Shown in pieces: positions 8,501 through 16,102 of a DNA stretch of 24,000 nt. Positions within the stretch are counted from its first letter, which is position 1, and the number at the start of each line of letters is the position of its first letter. Position numbers and translations under genes: made by a program. This stretch comes from Enterobacter quasihormaechei (GTDB lineage: Bacteria > Pseudomonadota > Gammaproteobacteria > Enterobacterales > Enterobacteriaceae): positions 414 through 24,413 of the forward strand of contig NZ_SJON01000029.1 in the NCBI RefSeq assembly GCF_004331385.1, read 5' to 3'. The notes beneath the pieces were generated by a model. That model was not told the origin of the DNA. It saw only the letters and a list, made by a program, of their open reading frames with translations, and ran no database searches.

Positions 8501-8641
8501 ATTTCGCTTTTCAGAGAGAGCCAGTAGTGCTCGCCGCAGCCGAACGACAGGGCGAAGCCCGCGAGTGAGCGAGGAAGCACCAGGGAACTGCACGGATAAA
8601 TTCTGCTTACGCTCGGTGTTAAATGGATACCCCACTCAGCT

Positions 8642-8917
8642 TTATCCACTTATCCACGGGTATATTTTTATAAAGTCTTTTTTAATTCTTTTTTCTTTAT
8701 TTTACTCCTTTTAGGGAGCCTGAAAGCCGCATGCAGCGCGCCCTGAGAGGAGTTCATTATGGGCAACTGGTTAACATATTATGGGTAATTAATCACGTAT
8801 CTGTGGGTTCCATAGCAACAAGCTATGGGATACGCATCAACAAGCTATGGGAAACAGGTCAAGTTTAGATCTCATTTATCCACTTGTGGATAAATTGCAT
8901 ATTTTCCCGGTGGATAA
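8642..8917. promoter_or_regulatory. Candidate oriV: DnaA boxes, AT-rich tract and five 22-bp iterons
   Basis: DnaA-like TTATCCACT (8642) and TTATCCACG (8650). AT-rich stretch ~8659-8710. T(A/G)TGGG cores at 8758, 8780, 8802, 8824 and 8846 (exact 22-bp period). Inverted DnaA pair TTATCCACT/TGTGGATAA (8876-8893). GTGGATAA at 8910. Confidence 0.82.
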
Positions 8918-8955
8918 GTAACGTGATAGCTTGCAATTTCTGTTTTCACTGTCAT

Positions 8956-8981
8956 TATGGGTGAATAATAATTTACCCATA
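8956..8981. promoter_or_regulatory. Inverted-repeat operator upstream of rep
   Basis: TATGGGT (8956-8962) ... ACCCATA (8975-8981) uses the same TATGGG core as the iterons and lies just before the rep ATG. Confidence 0.7.
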
Positions 8982-8990
8982 GGCCTTGGA

Positions 8991-9713
8991 ATGGATACTC
9001 AAGCACTCTTGCCAGCTACTAAAACGTTTAAAAAACGCGCCAGTATAAAGCAATCTAACGAATTGACCGAAGCCGCATATTACTTGCCTCTCCAGGCAAA
9101 ACGTGTGCTGTGGTTATGCCTTATGCAGGCCTATTTCAACGACAGTCAGGATGATGATTCTGACGTATTACCTCTCTTCAAAATTAGCGTTTCCGATTAC
9201 GTCAAATACTTCAATGTCGCTACGTCTGTCGCCAGTCGTGATGTAAAGGCTGGGGTAAATGCTTTGGGCGAATCAACGGTTACCTTCTATCCAAAAGAAG
9301 GTGAGTTTGAAGAAGTTAAACGTCCTTGGCTTGCTGAAGCAGGAATGAAGAGAGGCCGAGGGTCCTGGCAGATTGAGTTTAACTACAAGGTCATGCCATT
9401 CCTTGTTGGCTTAACCTCCCAGTTCACAACCTATTCTCTCTATGACTGCGGCCAGCTCAATAGTGTTCGTGTCATCCGGCTTTATGAAAGCCTGTGTCAG
9501 TTCCGGAGCACTGGTGTCTGGATCACCACACATGACTGGTTATGTGAAAGGTTTATGCTTCCAACCTCGCAGAAGAACAATATTGCGGAAATGAAACGTA
9601 CCTTCCTGGAACCTGCGCTGAAGAAAATTAATGAGAAGACGCCCTTAAAGGTAAGTTATACAACCGAAGAAGATGGTCGCTTACTGTTTAATTTTCTTGA
9701 AAAAAAACAATAA
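8991..9713 (+). CDS. Iteron-type replication initiator, Rep_3/RepE-like (240 aa)
   Basis: SIKQSNELTEAAYYLPLQAKRVLWLCLMQAY and VRVIRLYESLCQFRSTGVW...W.CERFMLP resemble winged-helix initiators such as RepE. The track ORF starts at an upstream TTG, and ATG 8991 is preferred. Confidence 0.88.
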   Translation: MDTQALLPATKTFKKRASIKQSNELTEAAYYLPLQAKRVLWLCLMQAYFNDSQDDDSDVLPLFKISVSDYVKYFNVATSVASRDVKAGVNALGESTVTFYPKEGEFEEVKRPWLAEAGMKRGRGSWQIEFNYKVMPFLVGLTSQFTTYSLYDCGQLNSVRVIRLYESLCQFRSTGVWITTHDWLCERFMLPTSQKNNIAEMKRTFLEPALKKINEKTPLKVSYTTEEDGRLLFNFLEKKQ

Positions 9714-9800
9714 TCTGAAATTTATCCTATATCCCCCCTTGGACTGTTTCTTACTTTTGGGGGGATACTAAACTTGCTGTATTTCCCACATTACATGCCG

Positions 9801-10360
9801 AACTTGACCTGTTTCCCACTGTTCGGGCTGCCCTCTAAGTTGACTTCTTTCCCACAGTCCCGGCCAGTTATTAAGTTGACCTGTTTCCCACAGTCATGAC
9901 TGTCCGCGAAGTTGACGTGTTTCCCACACTCCCTGCTGGCCATAAAGTTGACCTGTTTCCCACGGTTCGTGCCGTCTGCGAAGTTGATGTGTTTCCCACA
10001 GTCCGGGCCGTCTGCGAAGTTGACGTGTTTCCCACAATACGGGCCATCTGCGAAGTTGACCTGTTTCCCACAGTTCGTGCCGCCTGCGAAGTTGATGTGT
10101 TTCCCACAGTCCGGGCCGTCTGCGAAGTTGACCTGCTTCCCACAGTCCGGGCCGTCTGCGAAGTTGACCTGTTTCCCACATTACGGGCCGTCCGCAAAGT
10201 TGACCTGTTTCCCATAGTCCGGGATGTCTGTGAAGTTGACCTGTTTCCCATATTCCGGGGTGTCTGTGTAGTTGACCTGTTTCCCATATTCCGGGGGGCT
10301 ACAAAGTTGACCTGTTTCCCATATTCCGGGGGGCTACAAAGTTGACCTGTTTCCCATAGA
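9801..10360. repeat. Iteron array of about 16 tandem ~36-bp units (last two full units 35 bp)
   Basis: Units begin (A/T)A(G/C)TTGA at 9801, 9837, 9873, 9909, 9945, 9981, 10017, 10053, 10089, 10125, 10161, 10197, 10233, 10269, 10304 and 10339. Core TTGACCTGTTTCCCA(C/T)A. Confidence 0.95.
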
Positions 10361-10478
10361 ACACCGATTCTATGGCTGAATGATCTGCGGCCGGAGTCTG
10401 CAAAGATTAATCTTGAGTCCCAGCTGTGCGGCAAAGAGATATGATTAGATAAGAAAATCTGGAGCAGCCATAAAAAAA

Positions 10479-10649
10479 GCATGAAGTCATGATTTCATGC
10501 AATCATTAAGTTGCTTTGTACTTTTTTAGTAAGCGAGGTGACAGGCGATTAGAGTGCATATACTTAGATGAAAGGATGAAATCATGATTTCATCCTTTCA
10601 TGAAGGCGGGGGCTGAGTGGTTAACCTGGAAATGAAATCATGATTTCAT
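10479..10649. promoter_or_regulatory. Cluster of ATGAAATCATGATTTCAT palindromes distal to the parF/parG-like genes
   Basis: GCATGAAGTCATGATTTCATGC (10479-10500), perfect 34-bp palindrome (10568-10601), ATGAAATCATGATTTCAT (10632-10649). Confidence 0.75.
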
Positions 10650-10876
10650 CATTTCATTTTATTGCGATACATTTCATATCCTGCAAGGAGCATATCTGTC
10701 ATCGATATTCCCTGTTCTGCCGCGTAAGCTTTCATCTCTTTATGCTTAGATACCGGCACTTTGATTTGGATAGGTTTAACCGACGAATCCGGCGCAGCTC
10801 CCTTTCCGGTAACATCCAGAGTTGGCTCATCCTCCTTAGGAGGCGCAAGTTTTATTGATTTTCCTGGGGCTTTCAT
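10649..10876 (-). CDS. ParG-like RHH partition protein (75 aa)
   Basis: Basic/polar N-tail then IQIKVPVSKHKEMKAYAAEQGISMTDMLLAGYEMY, an RHH-like pattern. Strong AGGAG before ATG 10876. Directly downstream of the ParA ORF. Confidence 0.72.
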   Translation of the reverse strand: MKAPGKSIKLAPPKEDEPTLDVTGKGAAPDSSVKPIQIKVPVSKHKEMKAYAAEQGISMTDMLLAGYEMYRNKMK

Positions 10877-10920
10877 AGAACTCCTCATATCCAAAATAAT
10901 GAAATCGTTAAATCATGCTA

Positions 10921-11547
10921 TCATGAATTAATGATATCATGAATTTCTTCGATCATTTGTTTTGCTGTTTCGTTTAAGGATTTGAAAGGAGTTTCATGGA
11001 GGGCACGCCCCGCATCCAGAGCCTCACCGTAACTGGTTTTGAATGGAATGATTGTATTGAGAACTTTGAAGCCCCACGCCTTGATAGTCTCCTGAGCTTT
11101 TTCGCCCTGTGACTGAGATGGTGACTTTGCGACAATGAATACGATTTTGCTTTTCTCAATGCCCTTTTTAATCAATTCGCGGGCAAGTTCCAGAGAGGGT
11201 TCCAGATCATCAATTGTGGTCCCAGTGGTTATGATAACGAGATCAGATTCATCAGCCACATCCAGTGATGTTGTCTCTGCTGCAGGACGACCATCGATGA
11301 TAAGCAAATGGCAGCTATCTTTCATTTTGACAGCTGTATCTACCCGGCGGTAAAGAGCGCAGTCAATTTGGCTTAGACCATTGTTCTCGCGTCGTTCTGT
11401 CCACTTCAGAGAGGTTTGTTGCTTCGTGTCTATGTCCGCCAGATGAGTCTTCCATCCAGCTTCAGTAAACCCAACAGCAAGTGTTCTGGCTTTGGTACTT
11501 TTTGAACCTCCGCCTTTCTGACCAACGATCGATATAACCTTTCCCAT
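10921..11547 (-). CDS. parA: ParA/ParF-like partition ATPase (208 aa from the internal Met)
   Basis: MGKVISIVGQKGGGSKSTKARTLAVGF (deviant Walker A) and CHLLIIDGRPAAETTSLDVADESDLVIITT. AAGGTGG lies 5 nt before ATG 11547. Confidence 0.85.
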   Translation of the reverse strand: MGKVISIVGQKGGGSKSTKARTLAVGFTEAGWKTHLADIDTKQQTSLKWTERRENNGLSQIDCALYRRVDTAVKMKDSCHLLIIDGRPAAETTSLDVADESDLVIITTGTTIDDLEPSLELARELIKKGIEKSKIVFIVAKSPSQSQGEKAQETIKAWGFKVLNTIIPFKTSYGEALDAGRALHETPFKSLNETAKQMIEEIHDIINS

Positions 11548-11563
11548 ATATACCACCTTCATT

Positions 11564-11737
11564 AAATCATGATTTCATTAAACACATACATCCCACTTCT
11601 CATATTGCCCAAAATCGAACAACTTAACAAGATGAAATCATGATTTAATGATATAATTATAGCATGATTTACGTAACTGACTGATAGTAATTCATTACCA
11701 AACAATGAAAGCATGATGTAATGATTTCATGATCAAG
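11564..11737. promoter_or_regulatory. Palindromes upstream of parA
   Basis: AAATCATGATTT at 11564-11575 and 11635-11646. Related half-sites GCATGATTTA, GCATGATGTAATGATTTCATGATC extend to ~11737. Confidence 0.65.
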
Positions 11738-11753
11738 TGCGCGAGGATAGTTT

Positions 11754-13037
11754 ATGAAACAGTACACATTGAAAATCTACTTTGGAGATAACTCTGCGCC
11801 TGCTTATTTTGGTGGCGACAGGCAGGATGATTCATCGAATACGACACCGTTCCAGGTGGCTCTTAAAAAGTCGCGAGACTGTAATTCATATGCCGCTTGC
11901 TTATGTACGGGTAAAGAATTGCCACTCTCTGTGAGGCTCAGAGTGGAGAAACATCATTTAGCTCGATTCCCACTCACGGGTATAAAACACAGAGAGGACT
12001 GTAGATTCTATAGTAGCCTCAGTCCTGAAGGGCCGCAGGGGTGTTATACACAGGACGCATTGAAAGAGAAGCCGGATGGAACAATCAATATTAAGCTTGA
12101 TTACCCGTTGCAGGTAACCGGTCCGTCAACACCCATAGATAGTTCTCTGCGTTCTGGTGATGCTTCACGGAACAATAAACGCGACACTGTTTCTATTCTT
12201 GGTCTTCTACATTTTCTCTGGGAGACAACCAGCTATAACACATGGGTACCTAAAATGGACGGTATGCGTTCATCCACTAAACTGGGTTATCACTTGTTTA
12301 AGCAGGCAGAAAAGATAGAAGCAGGCAAAACAAAGTTATCTGACGTTCTGCTCACTCCGGCCTACACGAACTCCAGCGATAGCAGAAGAAACAGCATGAC
12401 TGTCGAACGTGCGAAAGTTAATAAACAACGTCTTGTAGTTATTGCTGAGCTTGCAAAGTTCTCTGAAAGTTACATGGATGGATTAAATCGACTTCCTGTA
12501 CGTGACTTTTCCGGCATGCCTTTTCTGGGACTTGATGATGCCAGATGGAAGTCTGCGTTAGACAGATTTCCAATTGCGGTGAATGGCTGGATAAAAGGTA
12601 TGAAGGTATTTGTAATAGCTGTTACGGATGTTCCTGGCGCAAAATCAGCCCAGGTGAGACAGCTGGCCCTGATGATGGTAAGTGATCGCTACATACCGCT
12701 AGATTCATTGAATGAAGGGGCGTTTGAACAAAAGCTATTCGAGCTGGAGCGATCGTTTTACAAACCCCTACGTTATGATTCATCCACTCATGAATATCTC
12801 GCTGATTTTTGCCTCACTGATGTTTCTACAGATAACCATTTACCTATCCCTGTGGAAATATGGGGGATGAATACTCCTGATTATCAGGAGCATCGGATGG
12901 TAAAGGAAAGATGGTACAACGCAAATTATGGCGAAACTGGTTGGTTATCATGGGATGCAACTCGAACATCTGTAGACAGTATCGAATCGCTTTTACCCAA
13001 GAAAATGAAATCATTGTATCATGATATCATTAAATAA
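11754..13037 (+). CDS. Plasmid protein of unknown function (427 aa), possibly DUF1173-like
   Basis: Intact long ORF. N-terminal Cys/His cluster CLCTG...HHLARFPLTGIKHREDCRFYSS. C-terminal ADFCLTD...PIPVEIWGMNTPDYQEHRMVKERWY. Confidence 0.6.
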   Translation: MKQYTLKIYFGDNSAPAYFGGDRQDDSSNTTPFQVALKKSRDCNSYAACLCTGKELPLSVRLRVEKHHLARFPLTGIKHREDCRFYSSLSPEGPQGCYTQDALKEKPDGTINIKLDYPLQVTGPSTPIDSSLRSGDASRNNKRDTVSILGLLHFLWETTSYNTWVPKMDGMRSSTKLGYHLFKQAEKIEAGKTKLSDVLLTPAYTNSSDSRRNSMTVERAKVNKQRLVVIAELAKFSESYMDGLNRLPVRDFSGMPFLGLDDARWKSALDRFPIAVNGWIKGMKVFVIAVTDVPGAKSAQVRQLALMMVSDRYIPLDSLNEGAFEQKLFELERSFYKPLRYDSSTHEYLADFCLTDVSTDNHLPIPVEIWGMNTPDYQEHRMVKERWYNANYGETGWLSWDATRTSVDSIESLLPKKMKSLYHDIIK

Positions 13038-13256
13038 TGATTGATGTGCTACTGCCTCTCAAGAGAGCACCTTCCCGCAACATTACTTCATTTGGGAAGG
13101 TGTTGCCGTCCTGTTCTACTGGCTGGCAAAACGCAGGATTGATACCATATGAGTGATAGGTGACATGACCTGGTTCACGCGTTCCGCCTAATAGTTGAAA
13201 TGATGTTCTGATGTAGCAGTCTATCACCTGTAACTATTTGAGTTAAAGGATATAAA

Positions 13257-13466
13257 ATGGGAATTTTATGTGAGAAGTGTGATGCCAATAATGACCCGGA
13301 TATTGATAGTTATTACAATGGCGTAGTTGAAAACAATTTAACCTCTTACACCTACGCTGCTAAATTTACTTGCTGGCGCTGTAAGCATGAAAATGACGTC
13401 ACCATTGACACAATCTCATCTGATGAGATTGAAGAAGTGCTTAACTCTCAAATCAGGTATAACTAG
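13257..13466 (+). CDS. Small zinc-ribbon-like protein (69 aa)
   Basis: MGILCEKCDANND...FTCWRCKHENDV has two CxxC knuckles. A purine-rich sequence (AAAGG) lies upstream. Confidence 0.6.
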   Translation: MGILCEKCDANNDPDIDSYYNGVVENNLTSYTYAAKFTCWRCKHENDVTIDTISSDEIEEVLNSQIRYN

Positions 13467-13485
13467 TTCTACTGGCTTTTATCTT

Positions 13486-13503
13486 TGGCCGCGAATGCGG
13501 CCA
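13486..13503 (+). terminator. Hairpin followed by T-rich sequence, probable terminator
   Basis: TGGCCGC-GAAT-GCGGCCA then TATTTTATAT. Confidence 0.55.
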
Positions 13504-13523
13504 TATTTTATATGGTGATTTAA

Positions 13524-13604
13524 ATGAATAACTTTCTCTTTTATGCACTTGTATATATAGGTGCTGGAATAATTGCCTATTATCTGTTTCTTAAAAAAAA
13601 CTAA
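13524..13604 (+). CDS. Candidate 26-aa hydrophobic membrane peptide
   Basis: ATGAATAAC... encodes MNNFLFYALVYIGAGIIAYYLFLKKN with GGTGATTTAA upstream. Too short for the supplied ORF track. Confidence 0.4.
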   Translation: MNNFLFYALVYIGAGIIAYYLFLKKN

Positions 13605-13643
13605 GGGCGCGCCAGCTTGTAACATTAGATATAAACTGACTAC

Positions 13644-14423
13644 TTAAAAGTTACCCTTCAACATGGCCACCGCCTCATCGCCCGGCATCTGGAACTGCAC
13701 CCGGTGACGTGCAGCCACATCGAGCGCAAACACCTTCGTATAAACTTCCGTTGAGCTAATCGACTTGTGTCCCATCAGGCTCTGCAGCACCTTCAGCGGG
13801 ATGCCGGCATACAGCATGTGCATCCCGTAGCTGTGCCGGAACGTGTGCGGGGTGACCGGCACCGAAAACGTCACCCCGTCGGCGGCAGCCGCATCAACGG
13901 CTTCACTTATCCAGGTCCGGACCGTCCTGTCGGTGATTTCCCAGATGCGTGCCTTCTCAGTTCTGCCGGTGCGTTTATTACGGCGCTCCAGCGGAATTTT
14001 CAGGGTGGCCACCATCATTTCCAGCTGGCGGGCATACTGCGGATCGGAAAGCGGAACGATACGATGAGGCAGGCTACCGGCCGGAGCACGACCGGCCGTT
14101 CGGGCCGCTTTCTCCGCACGCTGTTTGAGCGTGGCCAGCTGCACGAACGGGTAGGGCGGTGCCAGCGAAAAATCACTCCGTGTCAGGGCCAGCGCTTCGT
14201 TAATGCGCGCGCCGGTATTCCAGAGAGTGGCCAGCAACATCTTGCGGTGGAGATCGGGTACATAGTGGAGCAGGGCACTTACTTCCGGTGCCAGCAGATA
14301 TTTCGGCAGTTCGTCCTGAACGAGAGCCATCTGGCGCAGTGCCAGCGCGGCCGGGTAATCGATGGCCACCGGCAACTGAGCAGAGGAAAAAGCCCCGGTA
14401 TGGCCTGGCAGTGCTGGCATCAT
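13644..14423 (-). CDS. resD: ResD-type tyrosine site-specific recombinase (259 aa)
   Basis: LWNTGARINEALALTRSDF (catalytic Arg region), TPHTFRHSYGMHMLYAGIPLKVLQSLMGHKSISSTEVYTKVF (H-x-x-R ... GH ... Tyr). Confidence 0.9.
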   Translation of the reverse strand: MMPALPGHTGAFSSAQLPVAIDYPAALALRQMALVQDELPKYLLAPEVSALLHYVPDLHRKMLLATLWNTGARINEALALTRSDFSLAPPYPFVQLATLKQRAEKAARTAGRAPAGSLPHRIVPLSDPQYARQLEMMVATLKIPLERRNKRTGRTEKARIWEITDRTVRTWISEAVDAAAADGVTFSVPVTPHTFRHSYGMHMLYAGIPLKVLQSLMGHKSISSTEVYTKVFALDVAARHRVQFQMPGDEAVAMLKGNF

Positions 14424-14503
14424 TTTATGCCTCCATTGTCATGCAGCTGCTCTACGAGCTCACCGGCTGCCTGCGCAGCCATTATTTCCCGGTTCACTCC
14501 GGC

Positions 14504-14902
14504 TTATCCTGACTTGCCAAACAGCTGTGGCATTTCATCAAACATCATCAGGTGACGGGTGCGCTTTCCGCGAAAAATACGGCGCATCATCGGCGTGAAA
14601 TCCCCAGGCTCCCAGCCATAGGGCCACGTATGGTAAATCCCTTCCTGCAGCTTGCTGTCGCGACGTTCTGGTCCGGCAACGATACGCCTGACCTCCCTGT
14701 TCAGCGCCTCACCGCGCAGACCGTACTGGCCCAGGTAGCGGCGCAGCCGCGTTCTCGGCATTCGTGGATCGGATTTCACGTAAGCATTAATATCCATATG
14801 CTGGGTGGCGGTGAGGATATTCATGCCGTACTTGCGCATTGTGCTGAAGGCGCTGGCCATCACGTCCGTTTCGGTCTGTGATTTATCATCGGTCCGGTTC
14901 AT
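14504..14902 (-). CDS. Hypothetical plasmid protein (132 aa)
   Basis: Intact ORF upstream of resD in the same orientation. Confidence 0.55.
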   Translation of the reverse strand: MNRTDDKSQTETDVMASAFSTMRKYGMNILTATQHMDINAYVKSDPRMPRTRLRRYLGQYGLRGEALNREVRRIVAGPERRDSKLQEGIYHTWPYGWEPGDFTPMMRRIFRGKRTRHLMMFDEMPQLFGKSG

Positions 14903-14944
14903 CTGGTTTCCTGTTAACTGGCTTAAGGGTTCGTTCGTCCAGGC

Positions 14945-15268
14945 TCACGCGGTGCCTTCCTGCAGCGACCGGAAGGCAAGCAGGGCATCCGTCCTGGAGG
15001 GCAGCGCGATACAGTCCCCGCGCTGCGGGTTAATCTCTTCGTCAGTGGCCTCGTTATACCGCATGCGCAGCCGCCATCCCGTCACGGGAGGCGCGTTCTG
15101 TATCGCCAGCACCATCCCTTCCGGCGACAGCAATTCGCGGAGGGTGTAGCAGGCCCCGATACGGGTCGAATCCCGCAGCCACATCACAGGGTACTCACTG
15201 ACCAGCTGGTCATACACACATTCCGGCGTATGGAAGTAATTACCGTCCGCCCTGCATAAACCGCACAT
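14945..15268 (-). CDS. Hypothetical plasmid protein (107 aa)
   Basis: Start trimmed to MCGLCRADGNYFHTPECVYDQ at 15268, which is preceded by AAAGGAAGG. Contains CxxC and further Cys. Confidence 0.5.
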   Translation of the reverse strand: MCGLCRADGNYFHTPECVYDQLVSEYPVMWLRDSTRIGACYTLRELLSPEGMVLAIQNAPPVTGWRLRMRYNEATDEEINPQRGDCIALPSRTDALLAFRSLQEGTA

Positions 15269-15311
15269 AATCCTTCCTTTACTGAGAAATCCCGCCTTCG
15301 AGTTTTCGTGG

Positions 15312-15650
15312 TCATTCGTTAGCCTGGACGGGACCATCACCTTTAGGGACGAAAAATTCTAATGTATCTTTCATTTTGGCTAGGTTATGTGCTCCTGCAG
15401 GGGCTGGCCCTCCTAGTGAAACTGGATCGTCGTATCCGTACAACGTTGTCCATTTACCGTCACTGTTGCGTTGCCCGATTAAACGGCAGGCCGCTGATAG
15501 AAAATACCTGGGTGAAAAGACCTGTTCCTCTCCGGCACGAATATCCCCTTTGTACCAGAGGTTATCATCAGGATGACCCACAGCGTTCAGTTCAGTAATT
15601 AAATCCCACATGTTGTCGAATTTTTGTGGTGGCTTTCTGTTCGGGTTCAT
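15312..15650 (-). CDS. Hypothetical plasmid protein (112 aa)
   Basis: Intact ORF MNPNRKPPQKFDNMWDLITELNAVGHPDDNLWYKGDIRAGEE... Confidence 0.5.
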   Translation of the reverse strand: MNPNRKPPQKFDNMWDLITELNAVGHPDDNLWYKGDIRAGEEQVFSPRYFLSAACRLIGQRNSDGKWTTLYGYDDPVSLGGPAPAGAHNLAKMKDTLEFFVPKGDGPVQANE

Positions 15651-16078
15651 TTATGCCTTCCATTTTCTTGTGAAATAGTCACTCAGAGTAATTATGACGG
15701 GCGGCAGATCTGTCTGCGCACAACCCTGCGTCTGTCACTCTGATTATTTTCCCCTGCCGTCATCATTTTCAGGCTGATAATAAGCAGCCATATAGCCACG
15801 TCGTTAAATTACCGGAGGGCCGTTCCGGTCAGATCCGATTTTTACGCTATTTCGCAGTTTCCGGAAGTGTATCACGCACACGGAATAACCACACCGCCCT
15901 TTTCCGGTGGTGAGCGGGCAGTCGCGGGGCAGGGAATAAACACTATATATAGAAGAAAACGCAGCTGACGGAGTGCCACATGTTGTGTTTCTGCGCTTCT
16001 GCGCGCCGGTGGGGTTCAGGAAGATCCGGAACTCACAGAAATCGGATCTCAGTGAAAAAAGAAGAACCGCGAGGTATC

Positions 16079-16102
16079 ACATGATGATAAGTGACATCAT
16101 GT
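16079..16102. promoter_or_regulatory. Candidate PifC operator
   Basis: Perfect inverted repeat ACATGATG-N8-CATCATGT, 87 bp upstream of the pifC ATG. Confidence 0.5.

Noticed and set aside
8060-8635. 191-aa minus-strand ORF
   Set aside because: It is antisense to the 3' half of umuC, extends into non-coding DNA, and has no family features.
9801-10360. Possible CRISPR array (36-nt repeats)
   Set aside because: There are no unique spacers: the whole unit is repeated head to tail. The core matches origin iterons, and no cas genes are present.
9871-10482. Long minus-strand ORF (203 aa) and overlapping ORFs (9894-10181, 9896-10345, 9912-10217) with 12-aa repeats
   Set aside because: The 36-bp iteron period is a multiple of 3, so it keeps several frames open at once. 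The peptide repeats are a by-product of the DNA repeat, and there is no RBS or independent support.
13030-13227. 65-aa minus-strand ORF
   Set aside because: It has no convincing RBS or composition, overlaps inverted repeats, and lies in an intergenic gap.
13767-14555. 262-aa plus-strand ORF
   Set aside because: It is antisense to resD, which has clear tyrosine recombinase motifs. The antisense frame is open because of GC-rich codon usage.
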